The notes under the pieces were generated by a model that saw only the letters and a list, made by a program, of their open reading frames with translations, made no database searches and was not told where the DNA came from. Position numbers and translations under genes: made by a program. Below, piece after piece: positions 7,923 through 21,437 of a DNA stretch of 32,000 nt (positions within the stretch are counted from its first letter, which is position 1; each line of letters opens with the position of its first letter). Source of the DNA: Acidothermus cellulolyticus 11B. Its GTDB lineage: Bacteria; Actinomycetota; Actinomycetes; Acidothermales; Acidothermaceae. The DNA lies in NCBI RefSeq assembly GCF_000015025.1, contig NC_008578.1:720001-752000 (forward strand), in the 5' to 3' direction.

Positions 7923-8816
7923 ATGACTTCGGACTTCTCATCGGCGCGTTTTGCGGGCGCGGTCGCCCTCGACGCTCTTGCCCAGCAACGGTCCGCTGCG
8001 CCGTCGTCGGCGGCACCGACCTCGGGGGCGTCAAGCTCCGGCGCGACCGTCGTCGACGTCACCGAGGCGACCTTTCAACGCGAGGTCGTCGAGCGGTCGA
8101 TGACCGTGCCGGTGGTCATCGACTTCTGGGCCGGGTGGTGCGGCCCGTGCCGTCAGCTCAGCCCGATTCTGGAGCGGCTCGCCGCCGAGGGCGGCGGCTC
8201 CTGGGTCCTCGCGAAGATTGACGTCGATGCCAACCCGCGGCTTGCAGCCGCGGCGGGCGTGCAAGGCATTCCGGCGGTCAAGGCCGTCTGGCAGGGTCAG
8301 ATCATCGGCGAGTTCACCGGGGCGATTCCGGAAGCGCAGGTGCGCGGCTGGATCCGGGAGTTGCTGTCGGTGACCGGCAACTCCGCGGGAACGGTGCCGC
8401 CGGCGGATCCGCTGCGTTCCCAGGCGGACGAGGCGCTCCGCGCCGGCAATTACGATGCGGCGATCGCCGCCTTCGAGAAGATCCTTGCCGAACGTCCCGG
8501 CGATTCCGACGCAAAGAGCGGTCTCGAACGGGCGAAGCTGCTCAAGCGCGTCGCCGGCGCCGATCGCAATGCCCTGCACGCGGCCGTCGCTGCCTCGCCG
8601 GACGACGTCGGCGCCCAGTGCGCGTTGGCTGATCTCGAGGTGGCGGACGGCGAGGTGGCGCACGGATTGCGCCGGCTCGTCGACCTCGTGGCCCGTACGG
8701 CAGGTGCTGATCGGGACGCCGCCCGCCGGCATCTGCTCGAGCTCTTCGACGCCGTCGGCCCCGACCACCCCGAGGTCGCCGCCGCGCGCGCGGCACTCAA
8801 CCGCGTGCTCTTTTGA
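7923..8816 (+). CDS. Thioredoxin-domain plus TPR-domain protein (YbbN/CnoX-like architecture)
   Basis: An intact WCGPC motif (FWAGWCGPCRQL) is followed by a helical TPR-like C-terminal half. ATG 7923 was chosen as the start. The listed ORF start at 7761 adds an Arg-rich, non-protein-like leader. Confidence 0.8.
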   Translation: MTSDFSSARFAGAVALDALAQQRSAAPSSAAPTSGASSSGATVVDVTEATFQREVVERSMTVPVVIDFWAGWCGPCRQLSPILERLAAEGGGSWVLAKIDVDANPRLAAAAGVQGIPAVKAVWQGQIIGEFTGAIPEAQVRGWIRELLSVTGNSAGTVPPADPLRSQADEALRAGNYDAAIAAFEKILAERPGDSDAKSGLERAKLLKRVAGADRNALHAAVAASPDDVGAQCALADLEVADGEVAHGLRRLVDLVARTAGADRDAARRHLLELFDAVGPDHPEVAAARAALNRVLF

Positions 8817-8863
8817 GCGCACCCCGGCGTCGGGTTACGGCTAACGGGCGCCCGTCGCCCGCG

Positions 8864-8881
8864 CCGCCGCACCCGCGGCGG
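8864..8881. terminator. Hairpin between convergent trx-TPR and glgB
   Basis: CCGCCGC-ACCC-GCGGCGG forms a 7-bp stem with a 4-nt loop. Confidence 0.35.
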
Positions 8882-8910
8882 AGCGGTGCGTGCGGTGGCC
8901 GGGATGCGCC

Positions 8911-11094
8911 TCACGGCTGAGCAAACCAGATAGTGGCCAACGGCGGCACCCGGATGACCGCAGACGCCGGCAATCCGTGGCTCGGCGTGGCCACGGCGTC
9001 AATTCCACCGAGATTCCCCACCCCGCTGCCGTTGTAGATCTCCGCATCGGTGTTGAGGATTTCCCGCCATCGGCCCGGCGACGGAAAGCCAAGGTGGTAC
9101 TCCTCATGCGGGACGCCGGCGAAATTCGCGACGCAGACAATTGTTGACCCGTCCGGCGCGGTGCGGGCGAACGAGAACGTGTTGTTCTGGTTGTCATTTG
9201 CATCGATCCACCGGAACGCCGACGGGTCGTCGTCCGTTCGCCATAACGCGGGATGCGCCCGATACAGCGCGTTGAGGTCGCGAACCAATTGCTGCACGCT
9301 CGAATGCTCACGGTACTGCAGCAGCCACCAGTCGAGGGACCGCTCCTCGGACCACTCGTTGTCTTGGGCAAATTCGCCGCCCATGAAGAGAAGTTGCTTG
9401 CCCGGGTGCGCCCACATGAACGCCAGGTAGGCCCGGAGATTCGCCATCTGCTGCCACCGGTCGCCCGGCATCTTGTGCAGCAAGGAACCTTTGCCGTGCA
9501 CGACCTCGTCATGCGAGAGCGGCAGGATGAAGTTCTCCGAGTAGGCGTACATCATGGCGAACGTCATCTCGTTGTGGTGGTACGAGCGGTAGATCGGGTC
9601 CCGGCTCATGTACTGCAGGGTGTCATGCATCCATCCCATGTTCCATTTGAAGCCGAAGCCGAGTCCCCCGACGTACGTCGGCCGGGTCACGCCCGGCCAC
9701 GCCGTGGATTCTTCGGCGACGGTCACGATGCCGGGCACCCGCTTGTAGGCGGTCGCGTTCATCTCCTGCAGGAACGAGATGGCCTCGAGGTTCTCCCGGC
9801 CGCCGTAAATGTTCGGCCGCCAGGCACCCGCGGGACGGGAGTAGTCGAGGTACAGCATGGAGGCCACCGCGTCGACGCGCAGCCCGTCCACATGCATCTC
9901 CTCCAGCCAGAAGAGTGCGTTGGCGACCAGGAAATTCCGCACCTCCCGGCGTCCAAAATTGAAGATGAGCGTGCCCCAGTCGGGATGCTCACCGAGCTGC
10001 GGATCCTCATGCTCGTAGAGCGCGGTGCCGTCGAACCGGGCGAGCGCCCAGTCATCCTTCGGGAAATGAGCCGGGACCCAGTCGACGATGACGCCGATGT
10101 TGGCCTGGTGGAGCCGGTCAATGAGATAACGGAAGTCATCCGGCGACCCGTAGCGTGCCGTCGGCGCGAAGTACGCCGTGACCTGATAGCCCCACGACCC
10201 GCTGAACGGGTGCTCGGCGACGGGCAGAAATTCGACGTGCGTGAAGCCCAGGTCCGTGACGTAGCGCACCAACTCGTCGGCCAATTCGCGATAGCCGAGG
10301 CCTGCGCGCCACGAGCCGAGGTGGACTTCGTAAATGCTCATTGGGGCGTGCAGCCAGTCGGTCTGCGCCCGCCGGGCCAGCCACTCGGCGTCGCCCCACT
10401 CGTAATGGGACGTGAAGACGACCGATGCTTGCGCGGGCGGCACTTCGGTGGCAAAGGCCATCGGATCGGCTTTCTCGCGCCACCGGCCGTCCGCACCGAG
10501 GACGTGATACTTGTACCGCGCCCCGGACCCTACACCGGGGATGAACAGTTCCCAAATTCCGCTGGAACCGAGGCTTCGCATCGGATGGGCGGTCGGATTC
10601 CAGTGGTTGAAATCTCCGGCGATGCGTATCCCGCGCGCGTTCGGCGCCCAGACCGCGAAGGACGTTCCGGTCACCGGTCCGTTCGGCGTGTCGTACCGGC
10701 GCTCGTGCGCTCCCAGGACGCGCCAGAGCTCCTCGTGCCGGCCTTCGCTGATGAGATGCAGGTCAAGCTCACCGAGCGTCGGGAGATAGCGATACGGCTC
10801 ATCCACCACGTGCGGGAAGCCGTCGTCGTACACCACCTCGAGCCGGTAATCCGGCAGGGCGGAGGACTCCCACGCGCCGGCCCAAATGCCGCGGTATTCG
10901 TGGACAAGCGGAATCCGTTCACCGGCAACGAGGACGGTGACGCGGGTCGCGAACGGGCGGAAGGTGCGGAAGGTGACGACGCCGTCGTGGTGGTGGGCGC
11001 CGAGAATGCCGTGCGGATTGTGGTGCGCGCCGGAAACGAGACGGTCGAGTTCGCCGTGGTCGACGGGTGCCGGACGCGGCTCGGAACGACTCAC
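8911..11094 (-). CDS. glgB: 1,4-alpha-glucan branching enzyme
   Basis: 727 aa GH13 branching enzyme with the typical N-terminus [13 protein letters not shown] and the catalytic contexts [13 protein letters not shown] and [17 protein letters not shown] lies 4 nt before GTG 11094. Confidence 0.96.
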   Translation of the reverse strand: MSRSEPRPAPVDHGELDRLVSGAHHNPHGILGAHHHDGVVTFRTFRPFATRVTVLVAGERIPLVHEYRGIWAGAWESSALPDYRLEVVYDDGFPHVVDEPYRYLPTLGELDLHLISEGRHEELWRVLGAHERRYDTPNGPVTGTSFAVWAPNARGIRIAGDFNHWNPTAHPMRSLGSSGIWELFIPGVGSGARYKYHVLGADGRWREKADPMAFATEVPPAQASVVFTSHYEWGDAEWLARRAQTDWLHAPMSIYEVHLGSWRAGLGYRELADELVRYVTDLGFTHVEFLPVAEHPFSGSWGYQVTAYFAPTARYGSPDDFRYLIDRLHQANIGVIVDWVPAHFPKDDWALARFDGTALYEHEDPQLGEHPDWGTLIFNFGRREVRNFLVANALFWLEEMHVDGLRVDAVASMLYLDYSRPAGAWRPNIYGGRENLEAISFLQEMNATAYKRVPGIVTVAEESTAWPGVTRPTYVGGLGFGFKWNMGWMHDTLQYMSRDPIYRSYHHNEMTFAMMYAYSENFILPLSHDEVVHGKGSLLHKMPGDRWQQMANLRAYLAFMWAHPGKQLLFMGGEFAQDNEWSEERSLDWWLLQYREHSSVQQLVRDLNALYRAHPALWRTDDDPSAFRWIDANDNQNNTFSFARTAPDGSTIVCVANFAGVPHEEYHLGFPSPGRWREILNTDAEIYNGSGVGNLGGIDAVATPSHGLPASAVIRVPPLATIWFAQP

Positions 11095-11108
11095 GCAGCC
11101 TCCTCGTT

Positions 11109-12482
11109 TCAGCTACCCCGGTGCTCAGCCGCAAGCAGCCGTTCCAGCGCACCCAGCGGGATGCCGACCCAGTCCGGCCGGTTCTTCATTTCGTACATCG
11201 TCTCGTAGACCGCCTTGTCCACCTCGAAGGCGCGCAACACGGCATCCTCTTCCCGCGGGTCGTGGTCGGCAACCTTCGCATATCCGATGCAGAAGGCCGC
11301 GCGATTGCGCGCCGACCACTCGGCCGCGCGGTATGCCAGCTGCGGTGGGACCGTGTGACCGGCGAGCAGGTAGTGTGCGGCGTAGTCAAAGGAACGGAGC
11401 ATTCCGGCGACGTCGCGCAATGGACTGGCCAGCGCCGCGCGCTGTTCAATCCGCGCGCCCGGCTCCCCTTCGAAATCGAAGAACACCCACCCGTACTCGG
11501 TGCGCATCACCTGGCCGAGGTGCAGGTCGCCGTGAATGCGCTGCAGGTGAAGCTCGGAGGTCCTTCGGCGGAAGGTGTCATAAATCTGCTGGATCTCGGT
11601 GATATGCGCGGCGAGCGCCGGCACGACGTCGGCCGCGGCCTGCAACCGCCGCCGCATTGCCTCGGTGAGCTGTTCGACGAACTCCGCACCGCCGGTCGCC
11701 GTGGGCAGCACGTGCGCCAACGTGCGGTGCACCTCCGCGGTCGCCACGCCAAGACGCTCCGCCTCGGCGGCGAAATCGCCGCCGACCTCCTCGGCATGGA
11801 GGTCGCCCTCGGCGAAGAGGTCGCGCACGCTCGTGAGAGCAAGCGACCATCCGTCGGAGCCGGTGCGCAAGTAGCGCTGAAGAATCCCCAGCGTGTACGG
11901 TTCTCCGGCGATGTCGGTCTCCATCCACCCGCACAGTGGAGCGACGTGCGGACTCCCCGCCTCAGTGAGCGCGCGTGTCACATCGAGATCCGGATTGACG
12001 CCGGGTACGAGGAGCCGGAAGATTTTCAAAATCGTCTCGTCACCAAAGACGACCGAGGTGTTGGATTGTTCCCCACTGAGCAGCCGTCCCGGTGCATCAG
12101 GGCTGAACTCCGCGCCCGGTTCCCGGCGGAAACGCACGCCGGCCCGCTCGACATCGTCATGAATCGCGGTCAGCAGGTGCTGGGTCAATTCGGGATCGTG
12201 CAGCGCATCGTAGATCTCGCCGTACTCGTCGCTTCGGCCGATTCGCGCGGCATCCAGATGCCGGGGGAGCGTGCGGCGCGCGCCGAGCAGAATGTGGTAG
12301 CAGTCCGGCGCCTGCGAGGCACTCTCGGTGACCGCTTCAACGAAGGCGTGCAGCAGCATGGGATCGTCTTCCCTGAGCACCCGCACCTCGCGCACGCGCG
12401 CCTCGTGCACCGCGCTGCTCTTGCCGGCGAACCATCGCTGCCGCGGCAGCCATGCCCGGAGCAGTTCTTCCACCGCCGCCAC
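11109..12482 (-). CDS. pep2: Maltokinase (maltose 1-phosphate-forming)
   Basis: The [12 protein letters not shown]-terminus is typical of Mak/Pep2. It has a kinase-like HGDLHLGQV catalytic loop and sits between treS and glgB. The AAGGAG position favours the in-frame GTG at 12473 as the true start. Confidence 0.88.
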   Translation of the reverse strand: MAAVEELLRAWLPRQRWFAGKSSAVHEARVREVRVLREDDPMLLHAFVEAVTESASQAPDCYHILLGARRTLPRHLDAARIGRSDEYGEIYDALHDPELTQHLLTAIHDDVERAGVRFRREPGAEFSPDAPGRLLSGEQSNTSVVFGDETILKIFRLLVPGVNPDLDVTRALTEAGSPHVAPLCGWMETDIAGEPYTLGILQRYLRTGSDGWSLALTSVRDLFAEGDLHAEEVGGDFAAEAERLGVATAEVHRTLAHVLPTATGGAEFVEQLTEAMRRRLQAAADVVPALAAHITEIQQIYDTFRRRTSELHLQRIHGDLHLGQVMRTEYGWVFFDFEGEPGARIEQRAALASPLRDVAGMLRSFDYAAHYLLAGHTVPPQLAYRAAEWSARNRAAFCIGYAKVADHDPREEDAVLRAFEVDKAVYETMYEMKNRPDWVGIPLGALERLLAAEHRGS

Positions 12483-12510
12483 CTCCTTCGCGCGGTACCC
12501 TCCCAGCCGG

Positions 12511-14181
<1,671 letters not shown>

Positions 14182-14194
14182 GTGTCTCGACCAC

Positions 14195-16393
14195 CTAGCG
14201 TTGGACCACGAGGATGTGCGCCGGCTCGACCTGGGGATCGAGCCGGACGTAGCTGAAGTGCCCCCAGTCGTAGTGCGCTCCGCTCAGCAGGTCGACGACG
14301 CGGAATCGGTCGTCCCATCCCAGGCCGAGCGCCGGCATGTCCAGGGCGATCGTCGCTTCCTGGGTGTGAAACGGATTGAGATTCACCACGACCAGGACCG
14401 TATCGTCGTGGCCGGCCGGTGTGGTCGCACGTTTGGAGAAGGTGAGGATCTCGGGGTTGTCCGCGGAGTGGAGGGAGAAGTTGCGCAGTCGCTGCAGCGC
14501 GACGTGCTCCCGGCGGATGCGGTTGAGCGTCGCGAGGTAGCCGGCAAGGCTCCGGCCTTCGCGCTCCGCGGCTTCCCAATCCCGCGGCTTGTACTGGTAC
14601 TTCTCGGAATCCAGATACTCCTCGCTCCCCGGGTGCAGCGGGGTGTTCTCGCAGAGCTCGTAGCCGGAGTACACGCCCCAGGACGGCCCCGCCATCGCGG
14701 CGATGACGGCGCGGATTTTGAAGGCCGGCGGGCCGCCGTGTTGCAGATACGCGTGCAGAATGTCGGGGGTGTTCACGAACAGGTTCGGCCGCAGGTAATC
14801 GCAGGTTTCGTGTGACAGCTCCCAGAGGTAGCTCTCCAGCTCCGGACGCGAGGTGCGCCAGGTGAAGTACGTGTACGACTGGTGAAAACCCACCTTCGCC
14901 AGGGCGCGCATCATCGCCGGCCGGGTGAACGCCTCGGAGAGGAAAATGACGTCCGGGTCGGTCGAGCGGATGTCGGCCAGCAGCTCCTCCCAGAAGGCGA
15001 GCGGCTTGGTGTGCGGATTGTCGACCCGGAAAATCCGTACGCCGTGCGCCATCCAGTGGTGCAGCACACGCTTCACTTCGGCGTACAGGCCTTCGTAATC
15101 GTTGTCGAAATTCAGCGGGTAAATATCCTGGTATTTCTTCGGTGGATTCTCCGCGTACGCGATGGAACCGTCCGGGCGCCGCGTGAACCACTCCGGATGC
15201 TCCCGCACCCACGGGTGGTCGGGTGAGCACTGCAGGGCGAAGTCCAACGCAATTTCCAATCCGAGGTCGCGCGCGGTCGCGACGAAGGCGTCGAAGTCGG
15301 CGAGGGTGCCGAGGTCCGGGTGGACGGCGTCATGACCGCCCTCCGGTGAACCAATCGCCCAGGGGACGCCGGGATCCCCCGGTTCGGCGTGCAGCGAATT
15401 GTTCCGGCCTTTGCGGAACGTCGTGCCGATCGGGTGAATCGGCGGGAGGTAGACGACGTCGAACCCCATGGCGGCGATGGCCGGCAGCCGGCGGGCCGCA
15501 GTGGCGAAGGTACCGGAGCGCGGCGGGTCGAGGCTCGCACCCTCCGACCGCGGGAAGAACTCGTACCAGGCGCCGACGAGCGCCCGCGGCCGGTCCACCT
15601 GCAGGGAGTACGCCGGAGACGTCGTCACGAACCGGCGGAGCGGATACCGCTCGAGGACGGCGAGCACCTCCGGGGCGAGCGCCGTGGCGAGCCGCGCGGC
15701 TGGAGCGTCGTCCGAGCGGAGCGCCGCGGCGGCCGCGAGCAGGGTTTTGCGCTCGGGATCGGCAAGAGCCTCTGCGGCCTCCTCATAGAGCCGGGCGCCT
15801 TCCTCGCAGACAAGGTCGACGTCCTGGCCAAGCGGGATCTTGATCTCAGCTTCCCGCCGCCAGGTCTCGATCGGGTGGTCCCACGCCTCGATCCGGAAAC
15901 TCCACATGCCCGGTCCGTCCGGGGTGACCTCCGCGGCGTACCGGTCGGTTCCCTCGGCGACCAGCCGCATCGGCGTCCAGGGCTGCTCGGCTCCGGCCGG
16001 ATCGATGAGCACGAGATTGGCGCCCACCGCGGCATGCCCTTCGCGGAAGACCGTCGCCGAGATGGTGATCGGTTCGCCGACGACGCACTTCGCCGGGTAC
16101 CGACCGCACTCGATCACCGGGGCGATGTCCGTGATCGGGATGCGCCGCTGGTACATCGGGGAGGAGCGACGCCGGGCAGGACGCCGGGTGCCGGACGTCG
16201 CGCTCCGGCCCGCTGCGGCCCGGCGGTTCGAGGCCGACCGGGTGCCGGCCGTCGACCGGGTGCCGGCCTTGGCGCTCTTCGCCCGGGACGGCTTCGCGCC
16301 CGGGTCCGCGGCCGGATCTGAAACGGGCTCTGCGGCCGGCGTCGCGCTCGGGTCCACAGCGGATGGGGCGGTCAGGTTGTCGTCGGTCATCAT
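14195..16393 (-). CDS. glgE: Alpha-1,4-glucan:maltose-1-phosphate maltosyltransferase
   Basis: [37 protein letters not shown], followed by a GH13_3 catalytic domain (RVDNPHTKP). The start is ATG 16393/16390, giving an N-terminal extension of about 100 aa. The canonical-length alternative is ATG 16156 ([10 protein letters not shown]). Confidence 0.93.
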   Translation of the reverse strand: MMTDDNLTAPSAVDPSATPAAEPVSDPAADPGAKPSRAKSAKAGTRSTAGTRSASNRRAAAGRSATSGTRRPARRRSSPMYQRRIPITDIAPVIECGRYPAKCVVGEPITISATVFREGHAAVGANLVLIDPAGAEQPWTPMRLVAEGTDRYAAEVTPDGPGMWSFRIEAWDHPIETWRREAEIKIPLGQDVDLVCEEGARLYEEAAEALADPERKTLLAAAAALRSDDAPAARLATALAPEVLAVLERYPLRRFVTTSPAYSLQVDRPRALVGAWYEFFPRSEGASLDPPRSGTFATAARRLPAIAAMGFDVVYLPPIHPIGTTFRKGRNNSLHAEPGDPGVPWAIGSPEGGHDAVHPDLGTLADFDAFVATARDLGLEIALDFALQCSPDHPWVREHPEWFTRRPDGSIAYAENPPKKYQDIYPLNFDNDYEGLYAEVKRVLHHWMAHGVRIFRVDNPHTKPLAFWEELLADIRSTDPDVIFLSEAFTRPAMMRALAKVGFHQSYTYFTWRTSRPELESYLWELSHETCDYLRPNLFVNTPDILHAYLQHGGPPAFKIRAVIAAMAGPSWGVYSGYELCENTPLHPGSEEYLDSEKYQYKPRDWEAAEREGRSLAGYLATLNRIRREHVALQRLRNFSLHSADNPEILTFSKRATTPAGHDDTVLVVVNLNPFHTQEATIALDMPALGLGWDDRFRVVDLLSGAHYDWGHFSYVRLDPQVEPAHILVVQR

Positions 16394-16397
16394 GACG

Positions 16398-16403
16398 ACG
16401 CTA
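16398..16403 (-). promoter_or_regulatory. -10-like hexamer TAGCGT, 7 nt upstream of the second ATG (16390) of glgE
   Basis: The minus-strand sequence reads CGATAGCGTCGTCATGATG. The same GATAGCGT octamer precedes the DUF885 gene start. Confidence 0.35.
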
Positions 16404-16496
16404 TCGGGCGGGCGGGCCGGGTGGTGAACACGTCGTCTCCCATCGATCCGGAGTGTCACCTCGGTTGTCTTGCGACGGGTCAGCCGCCGAGGCTGG

Positions 16497-16521
16497 TACC
16501 GGCGACCGGTAGGGTCCTACC
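16497..16521. promoter_or_regulatory. Overlapping inverted repeats just upstream of glgP
   Basis: TACCGG-cga-CCGGTA spans 16497-16511 and overlaps GGTAGG-gt-CCTACC at 16508-21. The TAGGGT hexamer (16510-16515) is embedded, 8 nt before GTG 16524. Confidence 0.35.
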
Positions 16522-16523
16522 CC

Positions 16524-19151
16524 GTGAGAGCGATTCGCCGCTTCACCGTCCGGACCGTGCTGCCGCCGCGCCTGGCCGGGCTGGCCGAGCTGGTCATGAA
16601 CCTGCGGTGGTCGTGGCACCCGCCGACCCTGGAGCTGTTCGCCGCCATTGATCCGCTGGTGTGGCGGGCGGTTCGCGGCGACCCGGTCCGGCTGCTTGGC
16701 GAAGTACCTCCTTCGCGGCTCGCCGAACTGGCGGCCGACGAGGGTTTTCTGCGCCGGCTCGACCACGCCCTCGAGGACTTGCACGCCTACCTCACCGGAG
16801 ACCGTTGGTACCAGACCACGGCGGTCGACGGCCCGCGGGCCGTCGCGTATTTCTCACCGGAATACGGGATCACCTCGGTGCTGCCGCAATATTCCGGCGG
16901 ACTCGGCATCCTTGCCGGTGACCACCTCAAAACGGCAAGTGACCTCGGCATCCCGCTCATCGGCGTCGGATTGCTGTACCGGCGGGGCTACTTCAACCAG
17001 TCGCTGTCCCGCGACGGCTGGCAGCAGGAGCGGTACCCTCCGATCGATCCGTACGGCCTGCCGCTCGAGTTACTCACCGAAGCCGACGGCAGCCCGGTGA
17101 GTATCGCCATCCAGCTGCCGGAGCAGCGGACGTTGCAGGCACGCGTCTGGCAGGCCAGGGTCGGCCGGGTGCCGCTGCTCCTCCTCGATTCGGACGTCGA
17201 AGGGAATGCGCCGGCGGAACGCGACGTCACCGACCGGTTGTACGGCGGCGGAACCGACCACCGATTCCGCCAGGAACTGCTCCTCGGCGTCGGGGGAGTG
17301 CGGGCCGTGCGGGCATTCTGCCGGATCACCGGCCATCCAGAGCCCGAGGTCTACCACATGAATGAAGGCCACGCGGGTTTTCTCGCGTTGGAACGAATCA
17401 GCGAACTCATGCAGGACGCCGGCCTGTCGTTCGACGAGGCGTTGGAAGTCGTGCGGGCGAGCACGGTTTTCACCACCCACACGCCGGTTCCCGCCGGCAT
17501 TGACCGTTTCCCGCGTGACCTGATCGAACGGCACCTGGTCGCCGAGACCGACGGTCCGGCGCGCGACGGCTTGCATATTCTGCCGGCGGATCGCGTGCTT
17601 GCCTTGGGTGCCGAGGCATACCCGGGCGGCGATCCGGGGGTTTTCAACATGGCGGTGCTCGGCTTGCGGGTCGCGAGCCGCGCCAACGGCGTCTCCACTC
17701 TGCACGGGGCCGTGAGCCGGCACATGTTCGCCGGATTGTGGCCGAATTTCGATCCGGACGACGTGCCCATCACCTCGGTCACCAATGGGGTGCACGTGCC
17801 CACCTGGCTTGCCGGCGAGATGCGCACCCTGCTCGAGACCGAGCTTGCCGGACCCGCCGGCGTGGACGGCGCCGGCGAGGGAATCCGGTGGGCGGACGCC
17901 GAACGCCTCGACGATGTCCGGTTGTGGCAGGTACGAAACGCGCTGCGGGCCAGGCTTGTCGTCGAAGCCCGGGCGCGGCTCCGCGAATCGTGGCGGACAC
18001 GCGGCGCGACCGACTCGGAAATGCAGTGGATCGACGATGCTCTCGACCCGCAGGTGCTCACCATCGGTTTCGCCCGCCGTGTCCCGTCGTACAAACGTCT
18101 GACTCTCATGCTGCGGAATCCGGAGCGGTTGCGTGCGTTGCTGTTGCACCCGCGTCATCCGGTGCAGATTGTCATCGCCGGGAAGGCTCATCCGGCGGAC
18201 GACGCGGGGAAACGGCTCATCCAAGAGGTCGTGAAATTCGCCGACGACCCGGAGGTCCGGCACCGGATCGTCTTTCTCCCCGATTACGACATGGCACTCG
18301 CCCAGCTGCTCATTGCGGGCGCGGATGTGTGGCTGAACAATCCGTTGCGGCCGTTGGAGGCCTGCGGGACGTCGGGCATGAAAGCGGCGCTCAACGGCGT
18401 CCTCAACCTGTCGATTCGGGACGGCTGGTGGGACGAATGGTTTGACGGCAACAACGGGTGGGCGATTCCCAGCGCCGACGGCCTGCCGGACGACCGCCGG
18501 GACGACCTCGAGGCGCACGCCCTTTACGACATCATCGAAAGTCAGGTCGCACCGCGCTTTTACGACCGGGGCAGCGACGGATTGCCGACCCGCTGGCTGG
18601 AGATGATCCGGCATGCCATTGCGAGCCTCGGACCGAAGGTTGCAGCGACCCGGATGCTCCGGGAATATCTCGACCGGCTGTACACGCCGGCGGCGTGCGC
18701 GCACCGCGCCGTGACGGCGGACGATTTTGCCGGCGCGCGGCATCTGGCCGCGTGGAAGGCGCGGATTCTCCAGGCCTGGCCGGGGGTGCGGGTCGAGCAC
18801 GTCGCCGCGTCCGGTCTTGCCGATGCCCTGGAGTACGGCACGCGCGTTCCGGTCCGTGCCGTCGTGGCACTCGGCGGATTGGATCCGTCCGACGTTGATG
18901 TGCAAGTGGTCTACGGTCGGGTGGACGAGAACGACGAGCTCGTCACGCCGCGCTCCGCCTCGCTTCGGCCGACCGACGCGCGCGACGGTCTGTTCGGTTA
19001 TGAGGGCGAAATCGTGCTCGACCGCACCGGCCCGTTCGGGTACAGCGTGCGGGTGCTGCCGCGCGACACTTTGCTTGGCGTATCGGCAGAACTTGGCCTC
19101 GTGGCGCTTCCTCCGCCGCGGGAGAGCATCACCAGCGGTGATCTGCGCTGA
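16524..19151 (+). CDS. glgP: Alpha-glucan phosphorylase (GT35, maltodextrin/glycogen phosphorylase type)
   Basis: The N-terminus VRAIRRFTVRTVLP...LRWSWHP is typical of the actinobacterial alpha-glucan phosphorylase family. The PLP-lysine context is EACGTSGMKAALNG. GTG 16524 is preferred over the listed start at 16470. Confidence 0.93.
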   Translation: MRAIRRFTVRTVLPPRLAGLAELVMNLRWSWHPPTLELFAAIDPLVWRAVRGDPVRLLGEVPPSRLAELAADEGFLRRLDHALEDLHAYLTGDRWYQTTAVDGPRAVAYFSPEYGITSVLPQYSGGLGILAGDHLKTASDLGIPLIGVGLLYRRGYFNQSLSRDGWQQERYPPIDPYGLPLELLTEADGSPVSIAIQLPEQRTLQARVWQARVGRVPLLLLDSDVEGNAPAERDVTDRLYGGGTDHRFRQELLLGVGGVRAVRAFCRITGHPEPEVYHMNEGHAGFLALERISELMQDAGLSFDEALEVVRASTVFTTHTPVPAGIDRFPRDLIERHLVAETDGPARDGLHILPADRVLALGAEAYPGGDPGVFNMAVLGLRVASRANGVSTLHGAVSRHMFAGLWPNFDPDDVPITSVTNGVHVPTWLAGEMRTLLETELAGPAGVDGAGEGIRWADAERLDDVRLWQVRNALRARLVVEARARLRESWRTRGATDSEMQWIDDALDPQVLTIGFARRVPSYKRLTLMLRNPERLRALLLHPRHPVQIVIAGKAHPADDAGKRLIQEVVKFADDPEVRHRIVFLPDYDMALAQLLIAGADVWLNNPLRPLEACGTSGMKAALNGVLNLSIRDGWWDEWFDGNNGWAIPSADGLPDDRRDDLEAHALYDIIESQVAPRFYDRGSDGLPTRWLEMIRHAIASLGPKVAATRMLREYLDRLYTPAACAHRAVTADDFAGARHLAAWKARILQAWPGVRVEHVAASGLADALEYGTRVPVRAVVALGGLDPSDVDVQVVYGRVDENDELVTPRSASLRPTDARDGLFGYEGEIVLDRTGPFGYSVRVLPRDTLLGVSAELGLVALPPPRESITSGDLR

Positions 19152-19181
19152 CACCCACCAGCGGTGATCTGCGCTGACACC
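19130..19181. repeat. Perfect 26-bp tandem duplication spanning the glgP stop codon
   Basis: CACCAGCGGTGATCTGCGCTGACACC occurs at 19130-19155 and again at 19156-19181. Copy 1 encodes the last 7 codons plus the TGA of glgP. Confidence 0.95.
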
Positions 19182-19200
19182 GTGTCGGCATCAGCGGTGG
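19156..19200. terminator. Long imperfect inverted repeat between convergent glgP and glgX
   Basis: Copy 2 of the 26-mer pairs with the following GTGTCGGCATCAGCGGTGGG, which is an inverted copy with a 4-nt gap and a few mismatches. The central pairing is GACAC/GTGTC. Confidence 0.45.
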
Positions 19201-19201
19201 G

Positions 19202-21304
<2,103 letters not shown>

Positions 21305-21305
21305 C

Positions 21306-21357
21306 TTGCCGAATCGGCGTTGGCCGGCTCGTTGCCGAACTGGCGTTGGCCGGTTTG
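21306..21357. repeat. Imperfect 26-bp tandem duplication directly upstream of glgX
   Basis: TTGCCGAATCGGCGTTGGCCGGCTCG (21306-21331) is followed by TTGCCGAACTGGCGTTGGCCGGTTTG (21332-21357). The two copies match at 22 of 26 positions. Confidence 0.9.
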
Positions 21358-21437
21358 GCGGCGCGATCGCCCGGCCTGCCCAACCGTCGGGAGGTAGCGT
21401 CGGCGCTGTTCTTCCGCTCACGAGCCGTGGAGGAATC

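Noticed and set aside
9253-11208. Very long ORFs antisense to annotated genes. Examples are 1046..2479, 4907..6244, 9253..11208, 12328..14256, 17070..19154, 23243..24760, 27876..29087, 28945..30453 and 30345..31865.
   Set aside because: In DNA this GC-rich, stop codons are rare on the antisense strand. The translations are Arg/Gly/Pro/Ala-rich with no recognisable motifs. In each case the opposite strand encodes a protein with clear family signatures.
16470-16523. Listed upstream start of glgP (MRRVSRRGWYRRPVGSYP).
   Set aside because: Family N-termini begin at (M/V)RAIRRFTV. The upstream 18 codons overlap the palindromic promoter-like region and are Arg-rich.
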